This document shows positions 39,810 through 55,900 of a stretch of DNA of 64,000 nt, in pieces. How positions within the stretch are numbered: the first letter of the stretch is position 1; each line of letters starts with the position of its first letter. This DNA comes from Eledone cirrhosa. Taxonomy: Eukaryota. Both the position numbers and the translations under genes were made by a program. Location of the stretch: positions 16,802,001 through 16,866,000 of the forward strand of contig OZ024751.1 in the NCBI GenBank assembly GCA_964016885.1, in the 5' to 3' direction. Under the pieces are notes generated by a model that worked only from the letters and a program-made list of their open reading frames with translations, searched no databases and was not told the DNA's origin.

Positions 39810-39873
39810 AATATGGTTTTATAAATATAGTTTCCATTTGTTAATATATAGTATATATTCATATGTATGTTTG

Positions 39874-39936
39874 TATATGTTAGAACACGAAAAGTGTGAA
39901 ACAACAGAATGTTCACTTTTCGTGTTCTAACATATA
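39874..39936. repeat. 23-bp-arm inverted repeat
   Basis: tatatgttagaacacgaaaagtg / cacttttcgtgttctaacatata. Confidence 0.85.
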
Positions 39937-40433
39937 TGCCTAACTTCTTCATAAATTTTCCCGGGATAGCCGTGGTGGTGGTGATCGTATGTCATTGGCT
40001 AATTTTCAACCAATCAGAGTTTTTGCCTTTCATCGTTACGGGATCGATAAAATAAAGTACCAGTAATACACTGTCACTATAAGTAGACGACTTTCAAATT
40101 GAATTGTTGGTTCCATTTCTTTAGTATTTTCAATTGTAGTTATCTACTTAAAAAGCGTTACACGGTTAGAGACATAATTGGTAAGTTATATCTTCCCTAT
40201 TAAACCATTGCATTATTTCGCCTACAATAGAACAAAAATGAAATGTTCTTTAAAGAAACAGGAATATAACTTTATAAAAAAAAAAGTTGCATCCGCTTCT
40301 TTTATCATTGATAATTTTTTCGTTTTAATATTAATTGTTTTTTGTAGTTGTTTATATTAAAAATCTTACTGTAATATTTACTTAAACGAAGGCAGACATC
40401 TAAACATAGATTAATCTTGAGCGAAGGACTAGA

Positions 40434-40828
<395 letters not shown>

Positions 40829-41140
40829 TGAATTTCTCCTAAGTATTCAATACTCTGTTGAGAAATACATTTTACATAAACAGTCTTTGTACCATTTATA
40901 CGGTATTAATTACTTATATTTATATATATATATATATATATATATAGCGTATGATTAGAACTGTGTTTATTATTAATATTTTAATGGATTTAATGAAAAA
41001 TTTTAGGTGTTTTATGATTACAAAATTTTAGGTGTTTTATGATTACAATATTTTTTAGCAACAACTCTAGTCCCACACTTTTGTAGGTTTATTATAACAT
41101 TCTGTGGCACTTTTGAGCTTGCGCATTTTTCATGTCTAGT

Positions 41141-41169
41141 ATATATATGCATATGTATGTTTGTGTGTG

Positions 41170-41227
<58 letters not shown>

Positions 41228-41604
41228 TATGTATGTTTATATATATATATTCATATGTATGTTTATATATATATATTCATATGTATGTTTATATATATAT
41301 ATTCATATGTATGTTTATATATATATATTCATATGTATGTTTATATATATATATTCATATGTATGTTTATATATATATATTCATATGTATGTTTATATAT
41401 ATATATTCATATGTATGTTTATATATATATATTCATATGTATGTTTATATATATATATTCATATGTATGTTTATATATATATATTCATATGTATGTTTAT
41501 ATATATATATTCATATGTATGTTTATAAATATATATTCATATGTATTTTTGTATATATATATATATATATATTCATATGTTTGTATATATATATATTCAT
41601 ATGC

Positions 41605-41643
<39 letters not shown>

Positions 41644-43353
41644 TATGCATGTATATATATATATTCATATGCATGTATATATATATATTCATATGCATGT
41701 ATATATATATATATTCATATGCATGTATATATATATATATTCATATGTATGTATATATATATATATTCATATGTATGTATATATATATATTCATATGTAT
41801 GTATATATATATATATTCATATGTATGTATATATATATATTCATATGTATGTATATATATATTTATTCATATGTATGTATATATATATTTATTCATATGT
41901 ATGAATATATATATATATATTCATATGTATGTATATAAATATATATATATATATATATTCATATGTATGTATATATATATATATATATTCATATGTATGT
42001 ATATATATATATATTCATATGTATGTATATATATATATATTCATATGTATGTATATATATATATATTCATATGTATGTATATATATATATATTCATATGT
42101 ATGTATATATATATATATTCATATGTATGTATATATATATATATTCATATGTATGTATGTATATATATATATTCATATGTATTTATGTATGTATATATAT
42201 ATATATATATTCATATGTATATATATATATTCATATGTATTTATGTATGTATGTATATATATATATATATTCATATGTATTTATGTATGTATGTATATAT
42301 ATATATATATTCATATGTATATATATATATTCATATGTATATATATATATTCATATGTATGTATATATATATATATTCATATGTATTTATGTATATATAT
42401 ATATATATATTTATATGTATTTATGTATGTATATATATATATTCATATGTATTTATGTATGTATATATATATATTCATATGTATTTATGTATGTATATAT
42501 ATATATTCATATGTATTTATGTATGTATATATATATATTCATATGTATTTATGTATGTATATATATATATTCATATGTATTTATGTATGTATATATATAT
42601 ATTCATATGTATTTATGTATGTATATATATATATTCATATGTATGTATATATATATATTCATATATATGTATATATATATATATATATTCATATGTATAT
42701 ATATATATTCATATGTATGTATATATATTCATATGTATGTATATATATTCATATGTATGTATGTATATATATTCATATGTATGTATATATATATATTCAT
42801 ATGTATGTATGTATATATATATATTCATATGTATGTATGTATATATATATATTCATATGTATGTATGTATATATATATATTCATATGTTTGTATATATAT
42901 ATATATATATTCATATGTTTGTATATATATATATATATATATTCATGTTTGTATATATATATATATATATATTCATATGCATGTATATATATATATATAT
43001 ATATTCATATGCATGTATATATATATATATATATATTCATATGCATGTATATATATATATATATATATATTCATATGCATGTATATATATATATATATAT
43101 ATATTCATATGTATGTATATATATATATATACATATGTATATATATATATATTCATATGTATATATATATATATTCATATGTATATATATATATATTCAT
43201 ATGTATATATATATATATTCATATGTATATATATATATATATTCATATGTATTTATGTATGTATGTATATATATATATATATATTCATATGTATTTATGT
43301 ATGTATGTATATATATATATATATATTCATATGTATATATATATATTCATATG

Positions 43354-43391
<38 letters not shown>

Positions 43392-46300
43392 TGTATTTAT
43401 GTATGTATGTATATATATATATATATATTCATATGTATATATATATATTCATATGTATGTATGTATATATATATATTCATATGTTTGTATATATATATAT
43501 ATATATTCATATGTTTGTATATATATATATATATATTCATGTTTGTATATATATATATATATATATTCATATGTTTGTATATATATATATATATATATTC
43601 ATATGTTTGTATATATATATATATATATATTCATATGCATGTATATATATATATATATATATTCATATGCATGTATATATATATATATATATATATTCAT
43701 ATGCATGTATATATATATATATATTCATATGCATGTATATATATATATATATATATTCATATGCATGTATATATATATATATGTATTCATATGCATGTAT
43801 ATATATATATATATATTCATATGCATGTATATATATATATATGTATTCATATGCATGTATATATATATATATATATATTCATATGCATGTATATATATAT
43901 ATATATATATTCATATGCATGTATATATATATATATATATTCATATGCATGTATATATATATATATATATATTCATATGCATGTATATATATATATATAT
44001 ATTCATATGCATGTATATATATATATATATATTCATATATATATATATATATATTCATATATATGTATATATATATTCATATGTATGTATATATATATAT
44101 ATATATTCATATGTATGTATATATATATATATACATATGTATATATATATATATTCATATGTATATATATATATATTCATATGTATATATATATATATTC
44201 ATATGTATATATATATATATATTCATATGTATTTATGTATGTATGTATATATATATATATATATTCATATGTATTTATGTATGTATGTATATATATATAT
44301 ATATATTCATATGTATTTATGTATGTATGTATATATATATATATATATTCATATGTATATATATATATTCATATGTATATATATATATATATTCATATGT
44401 ATTTATGTATGTATGTATATATATATATATATATGTATTTATGTATGTATGTATATATATATATATATTCATATGTATATATATATATATATTCATATGT
44501 ATATATATATATATATATTCATATGTATATATATATATTCATATGCATGTATGTATATATATATATATTCATATGTATATATATATATTCATATGCATGT
44601 ATGTATATATATATATATATTCATATGTATGTATATATATTCATATGTATGAATGTATATATATATATATATTCATATGTATGTATATATATTCATATGT
44701 ATGTATGTATATATATATATATTCATATGTATGTATGTATATATATATATATTCATATGTATGTATGTATATATATATATATTCATATGTATATATATAT
44801 ATATATTCATATGTATATATATATATTCATATGCATGTATGTATATATATATATATATATATATTCATATGTATATATATATATATTCATATGCATGTAT
44901 GTATATATATATATATTCATATGTATATATATATATTCATATGCATGTATGTATATATATATATATATATATATTCATATGCATGTATGTATATATATAT
45001 ATATATATATTCATATGTATATATATATATTCATATGTATGAATGTATATATATATATATATTCATATGCATGTATGTATATATATATATATATATATAT
45101 TCATATGTATATATATATATTCATATGCATGTATGTATATATATATATATATATATATTCATATGTATATATATATATTCATATGTATGAATGTATATAT
45201 ATATATATATTCATATGTATGTATATATATTCATATGTATGTATATATATTCATATGTATGTATGTATATATATATTCATATGTATGTATGTATATATAT
45301 ATATATTCGTATGTATGTATATATATATATATTCATATGTATGTATGTATATATATATATATTCATATGTATGTATGTATATATATATATATTCATATGT
45401 ATTTATGTATGTATATATATATATTCATATGTATTTATGTATGTATATATATATATTCATATGTATTTATGTATGTATATATATATATTCATATGTATTT
45501 ATGTATGTATATATATATATTCATATGTATTTATGTATGTATATATATATATTCATATGTATTTATGTATGTATATATATATATATTCATATGTATTTAT
45601 GTATGTATATATATATATTCATATGTATTTATGTATGTATATATATATATTCATATGTATTTATGTATGTATATATATATATTGATATGTATTTATGTAT
45701 GTATATATATATATTCATATGTATTTATGTATGTATATATATATATTCATATGTATTTATGTATGTATATATATATATTCATATGTATTTATGTATGTAT
45801 ATATATATATTCATATGTATTTATGTATGTATATATATATATTCATATGTATTTATGTATGTATATATATATATTCATATGTATTTATGTATGTATATAT
45901 ATATATTCATATGTATGTATATATATATATTCATATGTATGTATATATATATATTCATATGTATGTATGTATATATATTCATATGTATTTATGTATGTAT
46001 ATATATATATTCATATGTATGTATATATATATATTCATATGTATGTATATATATATATTCATATGTATTTATGTATGTATATATATTCATATGTATTTAT
46101 GTATGTATATATATTCATATGTATTTATGTATGTATATATATATATTCATATGTATTTATGTATGTATATATATATATTCATATGTATTTATGTATGTAT
46201 ATATATATATTCATATGTATTTATGTATGTATATATATATATTCATATGTATTTATGTATGTATATATATATATTCATATGTATGTATATATATATATTC

Positions 46301-47452
46301 ATATGTATGTATGTATATATATTCATATGTATGTATGTATATATATTCATATGTATGTATATATATATATTCATATGTATGTATATATGTATATTCATAT
46401 GTATGTATATATATATATATTTATATGTATGTATATATATATATTCATATGTATGTATGTATGTATATATATTCATATGTATGTATATATATATATTCAT
46501 ATGTATGTATGTATGTATATATATTCATATGTATGTATGTATATATATTCATATGTATGTATGTATATATATTTATTCATATGTATGTATGTATATATAT
46601 ATATATTCATATGTATGTATTTATATATATATATATATATATTCATATGTATTTATATATATATATATATATATTCATATGTATGTATGTATATATATAT
46701 ATTCATATGTATGTATGTATATATATATTCATATGTATGTATATATATATTCATATGTATGTATGTATGTATATATATATTCATATGTATGTATGTATAT
46801 ATATATATATTCATATGTATGTATGTATATATATATTCATATGTATGTATGTATATATATATTCATATGTATGTATGTATATATATATATTCATATGTAT
46901 GTATGTATGTATATATATATTCATATGTATGTATGTATATATATATATTCATATGTATGTATGTATATATATATATTCATATGTATGTATGTATATATAT
47001 ATATTCATATGTATGTATGTATATATATATATTCATATGTATGTATGTATATATATATATTCATATGTATGTATGTATATATATATATTCATATGTATGT
47101 ATGTATATATATATATTCATATGTATGTATGTATATATATATATTCATATGTATGTATGTATATATATATATATTCATATGTATGTATGTATATATATAT
47201 ATATATTCATATGTATGTATGTATGTATATATATATATTCATATGTATGTATATATATATATTCATATGTATGTATGTATATATATTCGTATGTATATAT
47301 ATATATTCATATGTATGTATGTATATATATTCATATCTATGTATGTGTATATATATTCATATGTATGTATGTGTATATATATTCATATGTATGTATGTGT
47401 ATATATATATATTCGTATGTATGTATATATATATATTCATATGTATGTATAT
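41141..47452. repeat. 6.3-kb TA-based satellite, unit TTCATATG(T/C)ATG..(TA)n
   Basis: Hundreds of units with block-wise variants (gtttat, gcatg, gtatttatg, gtatgtatg). Confidence 0.98.
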
Positions 47453-47834
47453 AAAGTTCTATCTCGTCGATATCCGACGAGTGAGTGTCCAACAAAAATT
47501 AAATGTCAGAAAGTGAAATGGTGTTGAACTTCCGTCACAAAATTTTGTTTAAGTGGTGAAGGCTTGTGTAGATCCGACGACACATATCTTCGGTGCAAAT
47601 GTTTTCCACGGAAAATACGACAGCCATCAAAAAAAAAAAAAAAATGATGGATGGCGTTAACTCTGCTGAGTTCCTCCACCCTTCTGCCGGGCCTTGTATT
47701 TCATTCCGCAGGGTGTACAAATCGGGGTTGTCGCCGACCCGACTATGAGACACGTTGTACTGGGTTACATGTTAGCAGTAGCATTCGAGAGTGACCTGAC
47801 ATTATATATATACAGAGAGAGATGTGAACATGAA

Positions 47835-48045
47835 TGGACCTATTATTTTTATCTAAAGACATTTTTTCCAATTTCATCCAGTCCGTCCCCTTAATCTATT
47901 TTATTTTTCATTCTTTCTTCTGATGAAGCACTAGCATCCGAAACGTTAATACCCTCTTCCTGCTATATCAAATGTTAACCTAATATATACCTTCCATATA
48001 CTGTACCGATTGTGTTGTTATTTCTGTTTACCTTTTACATACATA
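47835..48045 (+). mobile_element. Dispersed terminal-repeat element with a degenerate minimal hammerhead; second copy at 52675-52885
   Basis: tt CTGATGA agcactagcatcc GAAAC GTT aa (47920-47949); collinear with 52675-52885. Confidence 0.65.
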
Positions 48046-48051
48046 TACATA

Positions 48052-48970
48052 TCTATGTATCTAAAACAGAGAATGTCTGTCTGTCTGCCTGATTACCACA
48101 AACTCGAGAACCACCCAACCGATTGTTTTCAAACTTTACACATGTAATACCTTTGGTCCTGTGAGTGTTCTGAGAAAAAGATATTTCAAACTTTCAATGC
48201 CATAGGGACCGGATTAGGCGATTTAGTGATCTCTCTCTATAATTCTTAGTCTTTCTTTTTAGATAGATACATAGATATAACGTTGCGCCCTTATAATATC
48301 TGTCTGTATGTCTTACCGTCTGCATTACGTTATTATGACGCGATCAGTGTGTGTATGTATATATTATGCCAGGGAACGTCTTCACGAACCAAAGTATCGT
48401 CTTCCTGTTTCCCTTCGGTTGCAACATTTTTCGAAATATTTACTTCTGCGTTCAAATTTATTTATTTATTTTTTTTTTTTAAATTTATTTTATTTATTTT
48501 TTTCTTTTTTTTTTTAGTTTCAGAAGATCCCGTTAAGGGTGAAAGCAGCGATTATTTGCTTAAACTTTAATATAGATATTCGTGTACAGATATTTTTGCA
48601 TACACAAAAACAAGATATAAACAAACAAGGCCACCGATTACATCAGTTAGTCTTAGTGTACTTCATACTGCTTTTAGGTAGAAGGTCCCGTTAAGGGTGA
48701 AAGCAACGATTCTTTTTCTGCGTTCACAGATTGATTTTTTTTTTAGTTTCAGAAAATCCCGTTAAGCGTGAAAGCAGCGATTCTTTGCTTAAACTTTAAT
48801 CTGTTATTTTAATATATATAATTATATATTCGTGTACAGATATTTTTGCATACAGAATAACAAAATATAAACAAACGTATTTATTTCACGAGGCTCGATA
48901 AGGATAAATATATATCAAATATATAAGAACCCTAGAGCAAATCCCGAGCAGCGCCGGGCCATTCTGCTAG
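48052..48970 (+). mobile_element. Non-autonomous Helitron
   Basis: A|TCTAT 5' end, (TGTC)n near the 5' end, 3' hairpin cccgagc-agc-gccggg (48943-48958), CTAG|T end; internal tandem repeats 48510-48880. Confidence 0.85.
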
Positions 48971-51819
48971 TATATATTAAAATAACAGATTAAAGTTTAA
49001 GCAAAAAATCCTTGCTTTCACCCTTAAAGGGATCTTTATTATATATATATAGAGAGAGAGATAAAACTCCACATAAATTTACCAGCATGTATACATTTGC
49101 AGACTGTAAAATATTATCATTATGTAATATAAATACACCAACTGTAACCTTTTAATATTCCATTATTTTCTCAATCTGCATACCTTAGTCTTAGCCTATT
49201 TCGCTCTAATTTCTCTTTTTCTTCCTTCGTTTATTCTTATCTCTTTTTCTACTGTAATAACAAATGTTCAATTTCGAATGAAAGCGTCAATGAACCCATA
49301 TCAAACTATAGAATTTCCTGGATATAGAATTTCTATGGATATAGAAAGGTGATGTATATTTTTCTTCCCCAGTCATGGGAAACTATAAAGTAATTTTCTC
49401 TGGCTAGTGTTATTACATTCTTTCTATTTGTATTTCTTATTACGGAGATGAAATGCAACACTGCATGTCCACATGAAACTAATGTTCTATTCTGAAATTC
49501 GTGATGTGATATGTGGGTCAGCTAAGATAATGGCGATTTTTCTAATATAGATTCAGCCCGAACAAATTTCAAAGGTTATAGTTTCTTATTCCCAAACTTA
49601 AAATCATCACTGCTTGTCTCCAAGAGATAACGAGTTGCTATATGAATTATGTATTATATATCGAACGAAGCCTAATATCAGAGAAAGGATAATAACCTGA
49701 ACTAGGTTAATTACCGTTTATACATATGCTATCCAGAAATATATGTATAAGTGAACCTGTAAATCCTGAGATGGCGTCTCTGGGGCACTTTAAACCTGGT
49801 ATAGTTAATCCTTTTCACATGTCTAAAGACATTCAAAAGATATGGAAAGAAAATATTGCACCCAGTGCTGGAGTGGTCATTTCTTTTACCGAACTTGCAT
49901 GGATGAAATGCTAGGTTGACCGGCAGGATTTCAACTGGGCGCCGAAATGACGTTAGACCTGCTAATTCGCCGCCTGTCTCATGAGACAGTAAATGTTTTA
50001 AATATATAGATATATATTCGGAATAAAAGAGATATAAAAAGAAACTGGTCCATATTCAAATTATTTTGTTATAGATTTATAGTGGATATATTAAAATATG
50101 GAAGTATACAGAAGAAACTGTCTATTTTCTTAAGAAGCTAGATGTAGGATTAGTGATAATAAATTATGTACGTACCAGAATCTGAATAAACGAAATGTTA
50201 TCTTGGTTGTTTAAAAATATCACAGACCTGCCAACGGGGAGATTCGCACCCACTTTGGAGTGAGGGAGAGATGCCCTCTCTTCTATATATGGGTATTTCC
50301 CACCCAATTTGGCTGGAGTGACAGATGCCCTCTCTTGTATAAATGGGTATTTTCCCACTTTGCCTCATTTCTCCCAGTTTTGGGACAGTTTCTTTCATGG
50401 TATTCTCCGGTGTGAGGTCTGAATTCGTTTACAGTGCTACCCAAAATCTCCATGAACATATTTTAAAAAATCTAAGGAACTGAACACTAAATATTGAATT
50501 AAATTGTTAAAATTTTTGTATACCATATATATCTGTCCAGTAATCTACTTTCTTGTATTGCTTTATTAAGTTTGCCTAACTATGTTCTTGTCATTCACGG
50601 TTTGTCTAACTCGTGTCACATAGAAATAATCAACACATTTCTTTATAAAGAAAACCTAATACAAATTATTTACTGACGCCTAGAAGGAAGAAGCATTTCA
50701 AAAGGGAAATTACATTTCAATATTTAATATTATAGTTATAACTATCCCTGGATAAATAAAAAAAAAACCCAAATGGTCACCAGTAATTTTCACCAAGAGA
50801 CCAGCTGTGCTACAACAACGATACTTATGCTTCCAAGGCATTTTATTTCATCTATTTAATCGTGGATATAATACTTTACATTGGAAACGTCTTGACGTTG
50901 GTGCCACCGAATCCTGACACCAACTAGAATGATCATATTTGTATTAGAAAACCGTTTTCATACCTTTAAGGAAGGTGAAATGTAAGAATTATAGCAGGTA
51001 AATATAAATAAATCACAATTATATTTGTAATACTGTCAGCAGACGTGCCAATTCTCCCCGTCCGACGGGGAGATCTCCCACCCGTTTTCGGGTGGGTGTG
51101 TGATGTCTTTTCTTGTGAACTATATAGCTTTTTTATGTGAAATCTTTACTTTTTGTCTGGTATCTGATGTTTTAATAGAGAACGAGAAAAACACCCAGCT
51201 ATATACACTTCAGTGATTGGCATAGAGTTCTTTCAAGCTTTGGATTAAAATTCAGTATTAGTCTCCAAATCATCAAAGCTTTTACACCTGTTTGTTTTAG
51301 TTTACCTGTAGAAATGCGACGCTGTTACATACGAGATCTACATGGAACTTCAAGTATGTGAAAGATGTTTTTTTTTTTAGGGAGGGATTTTATATATATA
51401 TATATATATATTATATTATACCTCCGAGGGAGTACAATATGTTCTTTACTAAACAGACGTCACACGAAAAACAAAAAGTGTCTGAAACAACTTGTGTGAA
51501 ATATACGAATTCATGTTTGAATATTCTTGTGGTCACGAAAACAAACTTTTTAAGAAATTGAACACACTTAATAAAAGACAACTGTCACATTAATAGTTAA
51601 AGCACGATTCTCCGTGTTGTTTTGCATTAGAAATATATATGAATCTATCATGATTGTTGCTCAAAGATGGTCACAACAATACATTAGGGTATGGTCCCGT
51701 AACTGCTGATAGGGTCGTAGTGGCGCCTTATTGACGTAGGCGTTTTGTGGGGAATTTTAAGCCTGGTGGAGCCTATCCCTCTCCAGACCTGAGTACAGCA
51801 GATTTCTTCCAGAGGGAGG

Positions 51820-51950
51820 AAGAATCGACCCCAGTACTAGGCTGGTACTTTTTTTATGAGCCTCGAAAAGATGAAAGGCAAAGTTGACCTCGGCGGCATT
51901 TGAACTAAGAGAGCAGAGAGCCAGAACGAATACTACAAAGTATTCTATCC
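51820..51950 (-). mobile_element. Older SINE family A-related copy
   Basis: atcgaccccagtac..gatgaaaggcaaagttgacctcggcggcatttgaact. Confidence 0.75.
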
Positions 51951-52264
51951 TACCTTTTATATAATAATTTGGCAATGTATTTAATTACGGTAATTTGTTT
52001 AAAATTAATGGATAAGAAATTGATTAAATTAAGTAGAATTCTGCATCGAAAACAGATAATAGCTTCGGTATTGTTGACATTGCAACCTACTGATCGTTAC
52101 AGATATATTCATAATCAAAATATTTAGGCAATGTAGTGTATGGGTGGTTTAGAATGATGTTTAGAAGGAAAATCGATTATAAGCACCATAGACCATATTT
52201 TGCTGACTTTAGAAGAAAGACAAAATCGATACAGAATATACATGAATATACTATAATAAAATAT

Positions 52265-52455
52265 AATTGTTTCTACTATTGGCACAAGGCCAGCAATTAT
52301 CCAGTACATTACTGGTACTTTATTTTATCGAGCCCCGTAAGGATGAAAGGCAAAGTTAACCTCGGCGGGATTTGAACTTAGAATGGCAAGGGCCGTAACT
52401 CTATGCGTCAAAGCATGGCGTCCGACCCTCTACCGATACTGCAAATTCACTGCCC
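52265..52455 (-). mobile_element. SINE family A
   Basis: Full-length reverse-complement copy. Confidence 0.9.
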
Positions 52456-52674
52456 CTGTACTATAATAAAATATAATATAATATAATATATAAACACGCA
52501 CACGCACGCGCGCGCGCAGACACACGCAGCCAGGCACACAAGTATAGTTCTTTTTACAAAACATTTTTTTCCATTTCAGGTAGACGCGCTCCATCATCCA
52601 CTTTTCTAAAAAAAAAATAAATAAATCATGCACAAAACGACAGCATCAACAGTTTTCCAAGAGATGTCAACATA

Positions 52675-52881
52675 AATGGTCCTGTTATTTTTATCTAAAG
52701 ACATTTTTCCAATTCCAACCCACCCGTCCCTTCAATCTATCTTATTTCTCATTCTTTCTTCTTTTCTGATACAGAACTAACGTCCGAAACGTTAAGACCC
52801 TCTTCCTGCTATTTCAAGCGTTAACCTAATATATCACTTCCATATACTGTACCGATTGTGTTATATTTTATTATCTTTTAC

Positions 52882-52885
<4 letters not shown>
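52675..52885 (+). mobile_element. Second copy of the 47835-48045 element
   Basis: ttttatctaaagacatttttccaatt..ccGAAACGTTaagaccctcttcctgctat; ends in (TA)n. Confidence 0.7.
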
Positions 52886-52927
<42 letters not shown>

Positions 52928-55900
52928 TGTGTATACACACGCTCGCACGCACACGCACATATATACATACTACTCGAAAATGCTTGACTGAATACGCATC
53001 TGTTGTTTTCATATTTTCACCGTTCCTGCAACTTCTCATTATATTTCTATTTCATCTTTTATTTCTAATTTTATCTGATATTCCTGTTATTTCAAGCGTT
53101 AAAGTAATATATTTCTTCCATGTTCTGTATCATTTGCTTTATTTCTGTATATTCTTTTACATTTTATTTATATATATATATATCACGATTTGAATACTAC
53201 ATATGGTTAAATGTCTTTTCATCACCTACAAAAGATATTAATAATGTACACACACGCACACGCACACGCACGCACTCACTCGCATAATGAGGGGTGGGGG
53301 GTGACAGATTAGAGGCGAGCTTACATATTGAGTCCTATCTGATCTTTCTATTCCAGAGTCAGTTTCGATCAATAATAGATCGTTCCTCAAGCTGATCGAT
53401 AATGAAACATATGTAATTATTATATATATATATATATATGTGTGTAGATATTGCTGCATCCGTATATATATACATAGTGGTGTGAGGATTGCGTATGTAA
53501 TTTAAACGTGTGACTAATCGCTATGTTGTTCAATATTTTATATTATTTCTATTAATATGAGGTATATTCTTTTTTAACTCGCAATGGCGTGATTTACATT
53601 ATTTTTCAAAAAAATAACTGTTATTTAGCTGTCGTTCCGGCACCGCCCATGGTTGGTTGCCTTGTTATATCTACTCTATTTTCTCATATAAATTTATGTT
53701 GCGTGACCAAACGGTGTTTCACTGAAATGAAAGCTTCAACAGACAGATATGTCACTACATAATTACCCTGTATTTGTCTAACATGTGTTTCCCCTCTTGT
53801 TTGTAAACTCAAATATATATCTCAATGAAATATATGTAAAGTATATATGAAATATAATTAAATCAAAATATATAGATAGGAAATTTAGATACTATATGAC
53901 AGAATATTTTAATACTAAATAGTATTATTCACGAGTTATATTATGAATATCTGATTTGCGCTACCCAGCCCGCAGCTTGGGTAAACATACGCTTAGGTCC
54001 TGTTCCGTATGAAAGCTATGGTTTCATACAGAACAGTCTGTTAAAATCATCATAATCCTGGTTATATACATATGTTTTTACCTCACATTTAAAGCTTTCA
54101 TAACACTTATCTTACGCCCCCCCCCCCGTTTTCTCATTTCTTGGTTTTGTTCTTGTCTTTCTTTTTAATAACTATCTTTTGAAAATAAAATACTTTTATA
54201 TCACTAGTTACGGCTATTAATAGATTGCTAGGAACTTCCTACACATTCAATGGAGTATATTCCCTTCAACCGATATTATGCAAATGTTAACGTAATTCTT
54301 ATAAGATTATTCAGTCTTAACAACATCTATATATTCCCTCTACCGTTCTAGATTTGTTTAAAACTTAAGTACATTCATACTTATTTCTTATATATATATA
54401 TATCTACCATTGAAAATGATTTCAATCCTAAAGATGCATATTTACACATATATTTTCTATATGGGCATTCCGTATATATTTTAAGTGAGTCAAATCCTGC
54501 CGTAAATAGTTTTTTTAATATATCATGTATTCCTGCAGGTTAAGAAATATCCCAGCCACAGAGTATTGTATTAGACTTCTTTTGGGGGGTTTGTATTAGA
54601 CTTCTTTTGAAATATTGGTATTCAAAATATTGCATTCGAACAGTAATAGTCTCTTGCGACAATAAATTTTCATTTCATTCACCATATGCTAAAAAAACAA
54701 AAAAACAACAACACTTTTGCACAATTTTGTAAACCAACTCTCAATCCATCTAGTTATACATCTATGTTAAAACACGTGCAATAGTGTCGGTGATGAATTA
54801 ACATATTTTACCAATATATATAGTCCGGAACGAACATAATCGATCGTTCCTCGAACTGATCGGCAGTGAAACATGTTTGATATGTGATTCAATATGTATA
54901 TGATGCAACACTAACTCTTTGTTTCCTAATTATAATCAATATATGTGTATGTGTGTATTCTTAACAGATCTATAAACACCAGTCACGTGGAATTGATATA
55001 GTTTTCTTTCCCCTGCCCTTAAATTGCTGGCCTTGCGCTTAAGTTACAAATAATTTCTATTCTAAAAAATATAATGCTGTTCAATATATTAGGTTTTGGA
55101 CATGTTAGTTAAATATCTTCTTTGTAGTCGAATTGTCAGTATATTATAAGATGTTCATGTCTACGACTCTCATTATACCAGTTCTTTATATTCAGATATA
55201 TTTTCCAGGAGCTGTCTTCTAAACAAATTGTGCAGAATTTTCATCATCATCATAATCATATAAATTATATTAGAATCAGCACCATTCTCGCTAGAATCAT
55301 TATCCACCTCGTTGAATACTTTCAAGTATAACTTAATACAAAGTTTCCAATAAATCTAAAATGTAATCAGTCTCTTATCTGTCTTTCTTTTACTCAGAAA
55401 TACCCTTTCATACTTTCTCAAAAAAACTTCACCGTTGCTCTGAACTTACACATTAAAAACAGTTGATTATGTTGGAAAATTTGATTATTAAAACTTGTCA
55501 TTTTGGAGAAGTTTGCATTCCGTGTTTTGGATGTGAATTAAAAATTCTGGTGTGAAGTTCTGTTAAAGAAAAACAAAAGTATTTTCAGTTAAAACTCAAT
55601 AGATAGGCCTAGAGGAGAATAAAATAAATAAAAACTGATCCGTGGAAGCAGTAAAACCTCTCATGAAAGGAATTGAACAGTATTGAATGAATGAAGTTCA
55701 AATCATGACCTTGTGTTAAATAGAATAAGAACCTACCAACTATACCTGTACACATTGTGAACTTCGGGTCTGGTTTTATATCAATGAAATTTTTTTGAGT
55801 ACCTAAGAATAAGGTTTAGCTCATTTAAAAATTTGCTGAATTTATATATATTTTGTTTCAAATAATTAAAAGAATATAAATGGACATAAAATCTAGAACG

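Larger units (their letters stand above)
36046..39850 (+). mobile_element. Near-full-length Penelope-like element with direct pseudo-LTRs and a 5' inverted stub
   Basis: ~230-bp direct repeats 36084-36315 and 39621-39848; inverted stub 36063-36082 matches the reverse complement of 39613-39632; RT+EN pseudogene in between. Confidence 0.92.

Noticed and set aside
41132-47527. Very long Y/I/M/C-rich ORFs (up to 1991 aa), with similar ones at 57485-60234 and 2012-5492
   Set aside because: Translations of TA-based satellites that lack stops in some frames; no protein-like content
54200-55900. Possible host exons or transposase/RT remnants
   Set aside because: No sustained ORF, recognisable motif or consistent splice signals
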